Positions 10,956-21,409 of a stretch of DNA of 22,739 nt are shown here, piece by piece. The notes below the pieces were generated by a model, which did no database searches, had not been told where the DNA came from, and saw only the letters and a list, made by a program, of their open reading frames with translations. The position numbers and the translations under genes are program-made. Source of the DNA: Octopus sinensis (taxonomy: Eukaryota); NCBI RefSeq assembly GCF_006345805.1, contig NW_021836956.1, forward strand, positions 1 to 22,739, written 5' to 3'. Within the stretch, counting starts at the first letter, position 1. Each line of letters starts with the position of its first letter.

Positions 10956-13900
10956 TCATAGGACTATGCTCAAGGTGGCTTCGTCATTCATACGTGCCAT
11001 TCTTGCTACATTCACCCATCTTTTTTTAAAACATTCGCTAGACAAAACTTGCCTCTCTACTCTCACTTTCCTTTTCAAGTGGTACTTGAAGAAGTTGATG
11101 AGAGATTGACCAGAGAGGAAAGTGTTTGTCTCCAATCCTTTCAGACGCGTCCACCAGATACATTCTTTCGCCATAGCCACAAGGATGATGAAAATAGCTC
11201 TTCCTTCCCGTTTGAAGGAAGGAAGGAGGCGTGACAATATTGACGATAGACTCAGCTGATAAACCGACTCGTCCCACACGTGACAGCAGTTGTTCGACAT
11301 AAGCCCACAGGTCGGAAATTGTTGGACACTGAACGAGTGCGTGCAGAACGGTTTCGTCGCTCTGACCGCATCTCGGGCAGGTCGGCCCCGTGTTTCTCGA
11401 GCCGTGTCTGTAGAGCTTATCCCGAACGGGTAGCGCTTCTCGGTAGCACTGCCAGGCCAGGGATCTCTGGAAGTTGTCCATGGGCCCTGGCCCGAAAGTC
11501 GTCCCGAACAGGCGGGTCAGGTACTCCTCGTCGACGTCCAGGTTCGCCCCGAGCTCGTCGTCGTACCTCCCCTCCACTAAACCCCTATAGAATGCTTTGG
11601 TTGTGTTGAAGTCACTTAAGGTCGACCCAGGACGGCAGAGTTGCTTGAGAGCAACGCGACACTCGCGGTGCCATTCGCCCTTCCTCGGCCTCTTTTTGAT
11701 CCACGACTGCAGTTCGGTCATGGAGACGAGCTGCGGGAAAGCGTGCCTCACAAACGGCGACCAAACCTGTTCACCGTCGTCTACATAGAGCCAGAGATGT
11801 CGCAGTCTCAGCGCGTGTCTGCGCATCATCAACCACGGCATGCCCAGCCCTCCTTTTAACGGGTGTTGACAGCAAATGGATCGCCTGACCATCGGGACGC
11901 ATCCTTTCCACAAGAAGCGAAAGAGGATGCGTTGTAGTTTGGTGATGGTAGGGTCGGGACAAGGTACGACGGTCAGGGCGGTAGTAGATGACGGACGCGA
12001 TGTACGTGTTCGCCACCTCCGCTCGACCTTTTAGGGACAGTTTCCTCTCGGCCCATTGCCGGGCGAGAGTGACCACCCTACTCGTTATCTCGTTCCAGTT
12101 CTTCTCCACTTGGAGGTCCGGACCAAACCAGACCCCGAGCAACTCAACCGGGCCGTCGGTCCAGCGTCCCACGACGGAGGCGCTGGTGGACGGCATGGGC
12201 TTGCTTCTCCAGGTGCCTAGTCGCAAGCCCACTGACTTTTCCGGTTGATTTTCGCTCCTGTCACCGCTTCGTAGTTTTCAGTGTCTCGCCGACCAGCTCG
12301 ATGTGCTCGTGGCTAGACACTATGACGGTGACGTCGTCCGCGTATGCAGACACGCTCGTCCCGCATCCCAATTCTCGCGGGATGCCCCTTAGAGTCGCCA
12401 GCTTCCGCAGTAGTGGCTCAAGAGTCAATACGTATAGAAGCGCCGAGAGGGGGCATCCCTGACGGACCGAACGTGTGCAATGTCGAAAGGTCTCGATAGA
12501 TGTCCATTTACGCGAATTACCGAACGGATGCCTCTGTACAAGGCAGCTATCCAGCCGCGGAAGACGGGACCGAAACAGCCGCTCTCAGGACTGCCTCCAA
12601 GTATCGATGGTCTACCCTATCAAAGGCTTTTGATTGATCCAAGTTGATCAGGGCCCCACCCATGCCAGGTTCGTTAACTACCCTGTCTATGATGTAGCGC
12701 ATCAGATGGAGGTTGTCATGGATGGTCCGGCCTGGCACGGCGCATGTTTGCGCCTTGTCGACCAGTTTCTCGATGACAAGCGCAACCTCTTGGCTAGCAC
12801 CTTGGCCAAAATTTTCAAGTCTGCATTAAGCAGAGTGATGGGCCTAAAGTTATCTATTACATTTCCCTTGTTTAGATCTTTCTTCAGCAGTGTTACGGCT
12901 CCTCGGCTCACAAAACCAGGAATGCTCCCGTTTTGCTGCCAGTTGCAGTACACCGCCGCCAAGAGATCTCCAAACAAGTCTGGCATACAATTGTAAAGCT
13001 CGTAGGGTAGACCATCCAAACCCGGTGATTTGTCCCTCGAGCATTCTGCCATCGCTTCCCGCACTTCCGCCGCCGTGATGGCACCTTCGCAGCACCCTGC
13101 CTTTCTTGTCGAGAGTCGTGGTAGGCTATGTAGGTAGGCACTGAAGTCCACCCTACGTTCTTGCCCTCCACTCGTTCCGAACAGTCGGGCAAAATGCTGC
13201 TGAAAGGCCTCACAATTTACTTGGCTCGAGCAATTCGCGCCCCTGTTCATCTACCAGTGACCGAATGGTGGCTTTGTTGCCCTGTTGCGCCTCTGCCACC
13301 CGGGCCTCTCTCGCGGCTCCAACACCTTCGTTCCTTAGAGCACGCATCCTAGCTCTGACAGCACATCCTTCGTGTTTGGCGTTGAAGTGTTGGTCGAGGG
13401 CCAACCTCGCCGCCAAAACGTCGGATGCGATGCCGCTTCTAATTGCCTCTTCTAGCTTCTTAACTAGCTCACCCTCTACTCTATTTCTATCTATGGCTAG
13501 TGCTTTGCTGTACCTAATCGCTTCTGCTTTTACTGCTCTCTTGAGGGCAAACCACCATTTGTTGTTGATGATGGCTCCCGTCAAAGCCCTCTTTACTAGT
13601 GTGCTAATCCGGTCTCTGAAAACTTGTCTCGATGGGAAAGACGCGTTTAGTTTCCAGTATCCGGGACCCTGCCTAAGTGTCTTACCTAAGTCTAGCGTAC
13701 ATGTCACAAGTTTGTGATCCGTGTAGCTGACTATGTGGAATGTGGACATCCTATGCTATCTCTATCTACTGTCCTACACAGTATCCTATCTAGATACGAT
13801 CTCGACGACCCGATGCGGTTGCTCCATGTCCACGTTGGCGCATTCGGGTGGTCTAGTCGAAACCTGTCAGACAGTTGAAAGCGTCTGAGCAGGTCTCTGA

Positions 13901-14393
13901 GGCATTTGCATCCCCGTCTATTCCTATCTCTACCCACGTAGTCTACATGCGTGTCCAAGGTAGCATTCCAATCCCCCACTAAGAGTAAAGGACGAGACGT
14001 TCCCAAGAAAACTTCTAGACGTTGAAAGAAATCCGCCCGACCTGTTAAGGGCGGTGCGTAAACTGATACGAGCCGAAAAGCGCACCCATTGCTGCCGTCG
14101 ACATCCAGGACGACCAGTCTACCCTCCGGGTCTACGAATATTGTCCTTACATTGAGATCCAGACTCTTGTGAAAAAGTACCGCGGTGCCACTACCGCCCA
14201 TTCTCGGCAGACAGGGGGAAAAATAAATGTTGAACTGTCCGCCAAACATGGTCTTTAGGGCCCGCGGATTGTGGAGTCTGGTCTCGCTTATGGCTATGAT
14301 TTCTAACTTATGTGACTTTATGTCATTTAAGAGGTACCCTTGTTTCCAAGGGGACCCCAAGCCACGCGCATTTACACAACCAATCTTGATCAT
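10956..14393 (-). pseudogene. ORF2: apurinic-like endonuclease + reverse transcriptase + CCHC zinc finger (about 1145 aa), split by about 9 small frameshifts
   Basis: APE motifs: MIKIGCVNARGL, SETRL, SVYAP, VGDWNA, SYLDRIL, YTDHK. RT motifs: KSPGLDG, NFRPITLLNADLKILAK, LDQSKAFDRVDH, QGCPLS (12444-12461), YADD (12333-12344), LGVWF, KLSLKGR, GGLGMP. C-terminal CPRCGQSDETVLHALVQC at 11326-11379. Stop after ...ATLSIVL at 10956. Confidence 0.95.
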
Positions 14394-16426
14394 AGTTCTA
14401 ATGAATTAGAATACAGAGGGTTACTTACTGCTCGAAAGTTTTTGCTTTTCCTCCGTTGGTTTGTCCTCGAGAAGATCCCAGTACAGTTTCTTTGTGAGAT
14501 ATTTTTGGCATTTACCAACCGCACTGGGAAAATGCCTTTGAGTGTGTGGTGCAGACTTTGGAGATGTGTATTATTTTGATGTGGTCTGGTGTGGTGTTGT
14601 GTATGGGTGTTGTTGTTTTATGTCATCTTCTGTTTATGTTGTTTTTGATTGGATGTATTCCATCAAATTTGTGTTTTTGGTGTCTATGGCTGTGAGCATG
14701 TTTGCTGTATATGTTTTGTGGTGTTGGGTGGCTGTTGTTTGCGTTGGGTTTTGAAATGTCTTCGGGAGATGTATTCCCCTGCTTTGTTCGTGTTTGCATT
14801 TGGTTTGGTTGTGTTTCTGCTCTTTATTTTCCTTCTTTTTGTAGCTATTTGCCATTCCTCACTGGTTTCGTCTTCCGACGAAATTTCTGAGGAATCAGAA
14901 GGGGGTAGGGGTATGTTGTGGGCTTCTATGTATGTCTGTGTAGGTGGTTGTGTTGTTGTTTTCGTTGTTGTTGGTTGTTGAGTGTTTGTGTGTGTTGAGT
15001 GCGGTATAAGGGATCAGTTTGTGTGTGTTTTCTTTGTTTTTCTGTTCCTTTGGGTTTTGCTGTTGATGGTAGTGTTGGTATTTTTCCAGGTGTCGAGTGG
15101 TTTTTGGTTGATGACGGATTAGCTTGGTGTGCTTCTCTTGTCGTCTTCTGTGTTGATGGTGGTGTGGTAGTAGAGCTTTTTTTCCGGAGTGCTTTGGTTG
15201 TGGTAGTGGTTGTTGTTGTTGCTCTTGGTGTGCAGTGGTTGGGCACGTCTTTTTCAAGTGTGTTTCGCTTCCACACAATAGCAGCGTGGTCGCCTGCCCT
15301 CTACCACTATATAGAGTTTGTAGCCTCCTGGCAGTTCTATAGCGGTGGGTATCTTCTCTCTTGCTGCTTCATCCAATTGAAGCAGGAATTCGATTGATTT
15401 GCCCACATAGTCTTTCTCTCCTAGAACCGCGATTTCCAGGATGTTTGTCTCTGACATTGTCTCTGACATTTCAAAGCAGATGGCAGAGACCACCCATTGT
15501 GTTTCGACATCAAATGGTATGTTTTTATTTGGACTTTCGTGACCCTTTTGTTAAATAGACTGGTATCATTACCAAGTCGTCCGAATGTAGCTCCAATGTG
15601 GAAAAACGTTTTGCTAAACTTCGTTGAGGAAACGTACTTGGACTGTACCAAATTTGTTTCCCCAACTGATATATTCCTTGGAGTCCCATACAGGACGAAG
15701 GCATTTATCGATTTTTTTCCTGCGGTGCATTTTCTGTTCTTCTTGTTTTTTTGTTTATTACTTTATAAATTATTGTTTTTTTTGCGTGTTTTCCACGATG
15801 TGTTGTGGAATATGAAGGTGCAATTTGTCTCCTTCTTTGGAGAAGAGTGCCTTTGTGCGGTTTATCTCTTGTGTGGTGAATGTTACAATTGTTCTTTTTT
15901 GTTTTGTTACGTCCGCAAAATTCGTTCTGAATTTGGCAGTAGAAGTGTTAATTGTGGCAGTGTTAATTGAAGTCATGGTAGTGGTGTTTGGTGTTGGCGG
16001 GTATTAGCAGCAGAAGGCTTGGATGTAGCATTTGACGTCGTAGTAGTGGTGTTGGTGTTGGCGGCGGTTGTGTCTTTGGTAGGCGGCTTTGCCAATTTCT
16101 TTTGTTGTTGTTGTTGTTGTGTGGTGATGGTGGTGGTGGCTGGCATTCATGTTTTCGTTTGTATTCATTTTTGAAATCCTTTTCTCTGTCCCTTTATCAT
16201 CAACAAGTGGTGTGGGGAGTGAGGGGAAATCTAAGTTAATGTCTTTGGTCGCGGCGATGGTGAATGCGACGTTAGATTTGTTGTTGTTGTTGGTGGTGGT
16301 GGTGGTGATGGTGGTGACAGCGGTGTTCACGCTGCGATGTTTAGCAGCTAGTGGTAGCAATAGTGTTTTGCTACCGTTCTGCATGACTGGCGGGCTAGCC
16401 ACGTGGTTTCTAGTTGCCATTTTCAA
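14390..16426 (-). pseudogene. ORF1: gag-like nucleic-acid-binding protein (about 670 aa), frameshifted
   Basis: Starts MKMATRNH at 16426. Reconstructed segments include KFGTVQVRF, KRVTKVQIKNIPFDVETQWVVSAI and IELPGGYKLYIVVEGRRPRCY-x-CGSETHLKKTC (CX2CX4HX4C at 15243-15283, 1 nt missing), flanked by low-complexity Thr/His/Gln/Asn regions. The exact C-terminal frame is uncertain (stop at 14421-14423 or 14390-14392). Confidence 0.8.
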
Positions 16427-16635
16427 AATGAAAAATGGCTAAAAAACCCACGAAAGTTTTGAAAGTTTTTTTGTAATTTCGCCCATACAGGGGCGGAATT
16501 CTACGTGAATAATTCTCAGTTTTTTAGTGAATGAATTGCACAACGATTAAAACAAAATATTTGACAACAAGGAGTTTTAAACATGTAAAGTGGCCAACTT
16601 ACTTGGAGCCGATATGACTAGCGTCCGTCCATTGT

Positions 16636-16685
16636 GATAGATGAGATAGATAGATAGATAGATGGATAGATAGATAGATAGATAG

Positions 16686-16723
<38 letters not shown>

Positions 16724-16743
16724 GTAGAATATATAGATAGATG

Positions 16744-16776
<33 letters not shown>

Positions 16777-16799
16777 GTAGGTAGATAGATAGATAGATG

Positions 16800-16869
<70 letters not shown>

Positions 16870-16921
16870 CAGATAGACAGACAGATAGACAGAGACAGAC
16901 AGATAGATAGATAGATAGATA
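16636..16921. repeat. (GATA)n/(GACA)n microsatellite abutting the 5' end of the Tx1 element
   Basis: Directly visible, on the same strand as the array at 10317-10544. Confidence 0.97.
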
Positions 16922-17119
16922 ATGAGAGATATAATGATATATTTGACTTGTCCTGATTCTTGGTCGGTATTTTGTTCCGCGTTGTCAGTTATTAATTAAA
17001 GACTCGGCGATGAAGCTTAACATTTTTTATTAAAGAAATCAGAAAAATCCTTAATGAATGCTTTTGAACTCGAAATCGTGTCTTTATTAATAGTAACACA
17101 CAAAGTAAAAATCAGGATT

Positions 17120-17527
17120 CACAACACACACACACAACACACATTGCGTGCATGTATATATGTGTACCTATCTATATGTATATATTACACATGTAGACGT
17201 ATAAACTATATGCGTGTCATGTGTATGTGTGTGCAGGTGCATATATACATACATACATACATACATACATACATACATACATACATACATACATACAACA
17301 TACATACAGACATACATACATTCTTATGTATGTATGAACATACATACATGTACGTATGCACATACATACATGTATGTATACATGTATATATGTATGTATG
17401 ATTGTGTGCACATGCATACATATATACTGTATGTGCACACACCCTCATATCGCATATATCGCACACACACACATATATCACACATGTGCATGCTATATTT
17501 ATACATACGTGGGTGTATGTATACACA

Positions 17528-17591
<64 letters not shown>
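17120..17591. repeat. Compound (CA)n/(ATAC)n tract ending in (TATC)n (17528-17591)
   Basis: Directly visible. Confidence 0.9.
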
Positions 17592-17734
17592 CCCCCCTTT
17601 TTTGTTTTCTTTCCTCTTTCTTTCTTTTTAAATCCCTTTTTATCGAAAACTAAACCCTTTTTTATCCCCCCAAAGAAAGCTCTACCTTGTAATTTGTCCG
17701 TCTGTTTGGCAGCCTGTGGGCTAATAAACAATCA
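17592..17734 (+). mobile_element. Short copy 1 of the Tx1 3' end
   Basis: CCCCCCTTTTTT...CAAAGAAAGCTCTACCTTGTAATTTGTC...GCAGCCTGTGGGCTAATAAACAATCA, with (TATC)n on both sides. Homologous to the reverse complement of 10545-10710. Confidence 0.88.
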
Positions 17735-17798
17735 TATCTATCTATTTATCTATCTATCTACTATCTATCTACTATCTATCTATCTATCTATCTATCTA

Positions 17799-17942
17799 CC
17801 CCCCTTTTTTGTTTTCTTTCTCTTTTTCCTTTACGATCCCTTTTTATCGAAAACTAAACCCCCTTTTTATCCCCCAAAAGAAAAGCTCTACCTTGTAATT
17901 TGTCCCGTCTGTGTGCAGCCCTGTGTGGCTAATAAACAATCA
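17799..17942 (+). mobile_element. Short copy 2 of the Tx1 3' end
   Basis: CAAAAGAAAAGCTCTACCTTGTAATTTGTCCCGTCTGTGTGCAGCCCTGTGTGGCTAATAAA matches the full element's terminus at 59/62 positions by manual count. It has (TATC)n on both sides. Confidence 0.92.
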
Positions 17943-18028
<86 letters not shown>

Positions 18029-18071
18029 ATATATATATATATATATATACATATATATATACACACACACA

Positions 18072-18123
<52 letters not shown>
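17943..18123. repeat. (TATC)n then (TA)n/(CA)n microsatellite
   Basis: Directly visible. Confidence 0.95.
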
Positions 18124-18125
<2 letters not shown>

Positions 18126-18440
18126 CCGTGACCCCCTTCGGTCACGAACAACCATGGAATTGCACCTAGAAAGTTACCCTCCGGGGCACAAGTCAGGGCA
18201 AGGTTGTTAATGGAAGGCCTACAGTCGCCTGTGCATACCAAACTCCCCTTTCCGTGCCGCCGATATCATCCAAGGAAAAGGCAAAGAGCAATACAGCAAC
18301 TCATTTCTACAGCTGAATGAACTGCAACAACGCGAAATAAACTGTCTTGCTCAAGAACACAACACGCAGCCCGCTCCGGGATTCGAACTCCCAACCTCAC
18401 GGTCGTAAGCTCGACGCTCTTACCACTGAGTAAAACACTT
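18124..18440 (-). mobile_element. tRNA-derived SINE, family D
   Basis: Minus-strand head TTACTCAGTGGTAAGAGCGTCGAGCTTACGACCGTGAGGTTGGGAGTTCGAATCCCGG (B box GTTCGAATCC), followed by GTGTTCTTGAGCAAGACAG. Continuity of the 18124-18295 segment with the head is inferred. Confidence 0.7.
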
Positions 18441-18460
18441 GGCATTTTCTATGTATATAT

Positions 18461-18515
18461 TCTCTTATTTTACTTGTTTTATTCATTTAACTGCGGCCAT
18501 GCTGGAGTTCCGCTG
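18461..18515 (-). mobile_element. Short 3' end of SINE family A
   Basis: CTTATTTTACTTGTTTTATTCATTTAACTGCGGCCATGCTGGAG. Confidence 0.7.
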
Positions 18516-18729
18516 TAATGAATAGGCTTTTGAGGATGCATAATTCTCGATTCTTATTTCTAATGTCTAAAACACACACACACACACGCATATGTACACA
18601 TACTTGCGCGTGCACACACACACACATACACACATGCGCACCTGCTATTTACAAAGATATTTTGGAGGGAAAAAATTTAATATACATCATTATACAGTGT
18701 ATGGAAACGATTTTAAAATGATTTTAAAT

Positions 18730-18763
18730 ACAGAATTATATACATACATACATACATACATAT

Positions 18764-18822
<59 letters not shown>

Positions 18823-18946
18823 CATGCATACATACATACACATATATATATATCCATTTAAACTATCTATATTATATATATATGTATATATATATATCTA
18901 TAATATATATATATATACATAATATATTCATTTAATCTATCTATCT

Positions 18947-18983
<37 letters not shown>

Positions 18984-19014
18984 TATATATGATATATAAT
19001 ATACTATTATATAT

Positions 19015-19059
<45 letters not shown>

Positions 19060-19075
19060 CATATATATATAACAG
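18730..19075. repeat. Compound (ATAC)n/(AT)n/(TATC)n microsatellite
   Basis: Directly visible, with a (TATC)n block at ~18935-18983. Confidence 0.9.
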
Positions 19076-19798
19076 TATGCTAACTTCGAAGTCATATACA
19101 ATATCGCGGTATACTAACCTGGAAAAGAAAATATATTAGATTAACTAAACAAAACGTAAAAAAAAATAATAAAACCCATCAAACATTGATATCAGAGAAT
19201 AATGATAGACGCAGACAAAGGAAATATATCTTTGAAATATTGTACAAAGCTATCAGCAACGTACGATAAATGTGAAGGAATACAATAGAAGCAGATATAG
19301 CAAATATTTCGCTAATATAAATAACACAGCATGCAACAGGAATAAAATTGAATACATTCTTGAATAGAAACTGAAATTTTATTGAATAGTATAGGCTACT
19401 TCGTACGCAGCAGTTTCATATGTATGTTTGTAGTTTTATGAATCATCTTCTGGCGAATATAGCAAAGGGAGTGAAACGGTTGGTCATTGAATGTTTTTGA
19501 TGATAGTACGTTTTGGCACTTGAGGGAAACACACACACACGTAGATATGTATACATAGGTATATAGAGAAGAAAGAGAGCAAGGCATTACACATAGATAA
19601 ATTATAGCTAGATGTTCACATTCATAAAGAGAGAGTTGGCGTAATGTGAAGAGAGAGGGAGAATGAGAGCGAGAGAGAGAGAGAGAAGAGAGGGATGAGT
19701 GGAAGAGAAAGAATGAAATAAGCATTAAAACGGGTGAGACATTACAACGCCTGATGTCAAACAAGTCAGCATCGAATCAATGACACTGAACAATCAGG

Positions 19799-20180
19799 GT
19801 GGAGACGGCTGTGACAAGGCGGCTGCGGCAGGACGGCTGTGGTAAGACGGCTGCGGCAAAACGATTGTGGCAAGACAGCTGTGGCAAGATAGCTATGGCA
19901 AAACGGTTGTGACAAGACTGCTGTGGCAAATCGGCTATGGCAAGACGGCTATGGCAAGAGGGCTATGGCAAGAGGGCTATGGCAAGAGGGCTGTGGCAAA
20001 ACGGTTGTGGCAAAACGGTTGTGGCAAGACGGTTGTGGCAAGACGGCTATGGAAAGACGGTTGTGGCAAGACGGTTGTGACAAGACGGCTGTGACAAGAA
20101 GGCTGTGGCAAGATGACTCTGTCAAAACGGTTGTGTCAAAATGGTTTTGGCAAGACGTCTGTGGCAAGTCGTTCGTATCC
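19799..20180. repeat. 14 bp minisatellite, consensus GTGGCAAGACGGCT, about 26 units
   Basis: Head-to-tail units with no spacers (e.g. GTGGCAAGACGGTT, ATGGCAAGAGGGCT), ending in a variant GTGGCAAGTCGTTCGTATCC. Confidence 0.92.
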
Positions 20181-20294
20181 TATAGGAAATCATCATCCTA
20201 GAACCACCAGATAAACCAACATCCTTATGTCCCTTAAAACATATTTTCACTGATGGATGAGTAATTTTCTCTTGGTCACGGAATTTTTTACAAT

Positions 20295-20898
20295 ATGATC
20301 TGGATTATCTTTATTTTGTTAAACAATAAGTTGTCCCCAGTACCATCACTAGTATTAGTAATACTACAACGTTTTCAACCATTCATTAACTACCTCTTCT
20401 TTTACAGCTTCGCACGAAATTTCCCTCAATTACGCGCGTGTATTACTCTAGGCCTATTCCCTCTTCACAGTGGTGCCATTTCAAAATATGAAGCCCGCAG
20501 CCATTTTGTTTTACCACTTCCTAATCAATATTTCCAATGGTTTCTTCATTGAAACCACCTAAAAGTAGCAAGTAGCTGGTTTAGACCTTCTACAGTAAGA
20601 GTCAACCGAATCTTCATTTGTCCCATTTCGTTTCTAGCAACCGCAAGACTATTTACTCGAAATAGGTCACAATCTATTATGAGTAGGTTTCTTTAATAAC
20701 CTACTGGAACACATGGACAATACTTTGCACACGATTTCATTCCTCTATCACCTGTCCAATCCTTCAAATTGACATGATCCTAAACTCGATTGGGTAGTCA
20801 TACTCCAAGTAGTATCTTTCTTTTAAAATTAAGTAAAGACGACAGTTTTTCGTTATCAGCACAGCAATATAAATTATCTGTGCAGTGTGTCATAGTCA
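20295..20898 (-). pseudogene. Decayed pogo-family (Tc1/mariner superfamily) transposase, catalytic/C-terminal part
   Basis: Minus-strand pieces in the expected order: THCTDNLYCCADNEKLSSLLNFKRKIL (cf. THYTVVLACCADGTKLPP.IIFKRK), HVNLKDWTGDRGMK (cf. HV..KGWMD..GMK), LLKKP, CDLFR (20657-20671), VSMKKPL..IRKW, KRCSITNTSDGTGDNLLF (cf. KKCGISNA.DG.EDD.LF). Consensus motifs are recalled, not aligned. Many stops and frameshifts. Confidence 0.7.
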
Positions 20899-21332
20899 TA
20901 GTTTATTGACTAATAACACTGAAGAATGTCATCAATGATTTTAGAGGATCAGATTCATGGTGCTCCAGATTAAGGAGCAGACCTTGCCTGATTGCGAGAG
21001 AAGAAAAATGGCACAAAAGATACCCAATTGTGTAATCAATGCAAGATAAGAAAACTAATTTTGAACTTTCACAGATAGCAAACTCCAACGAATCCCCTCT
21101 GACGTTTGAAGTAGTTTCACAGATAACAAATATGAACAAAGTTCCTTTCGCCGTTTCAATTATCATTAAACAAGATGGTAGAATCCAAAGCTGTTAATGT
21201 GTGACTGAATACATGTGACTATGACACACTGCACAGATAATTTATATTGCTGTGCTGATAACGAAAAACTGTCGTCTTTACTTAATTTTAAAAGAAAGAT
21301 ACTACTTGGAGTTTGGCTACCCAATCGAGTTT
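20782..21332. repeat. 117 bp inverted repeat (20782-20898 / 21216-21332), 2 mismatches, 317 bp spacer
   Basis: Manual reverse-complement alignment from AAACTCGATTGGGTAG to GTGTGTCATAGTCA. The only differences are GTCATACT vs GCCAAACT. Confidence 0.93.
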
Positions 21333-21360
21333 CCCTAAGGCCGTTTCCATTCAGTCAGTT
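20905..21360 (+). pseudogene. Decayed pogo-family transposase, N-terminal/central part (opposite strand to the rest)
   Basis: FRGSDSWCSRL (20940-20972; CENP-B/Tc5-type HTH F..S..WC.RF), MAQKIP, QIANSNESPLTFEV (21072-21113; cf. QI.NMDE.PLTFD), then THCTDNLYCCAD...FKRK and EFP. Confidence 0.65.
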
Positions 21361-21409
21361 GGTACCAGACCAAAGTACCACTCGCCAGCACCATAACCAT
21401 CTATCCCTT

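Larger units (their letters stand above)
10545..16635 (-). mobile_element. Apparently full-length (~6.1 kb) Tx1-group (L1 clade) non-LTR retrotransposon
   Basis: Minus-strand order: ~200 nt 5' UTR, ORF1 with CCHC knuckle, ORF2 (APE-RT-CCHC), then a ~410 nt 3' UTR ending AATAAA-GAAACA-TATCTATC. It is bounded on both sides by (GATA)n. Boundaries are inferred from the switch between microsatellite and complex sequence. Confidence 0.92.

Noticed and set aside
11049-16442. Plus-strand ORFs overlapping the retrotransposon (e.g. 11280-11609, 13265-13717, 15497-15970)
   Set aside because: They are antisense shadows of ORF1/ORF2 with no recognisable motifs.
19799-20201. CRISPR-like array or repeat protein (RLWQDG repeats)
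   Set aside because: The 14 bp units are contiguous with no unique spacers, and the context is eukaryotic with no cas genes. The periodic peptide is a by-product of the 14 bp period.
20782-21332. MITE with 117 bp terminal inverted repeats
   Set aside because: The arms are internal transposase coding sequence and there is no clear TSD or typical terminal motif. A fold-back rearrangement explains it better.
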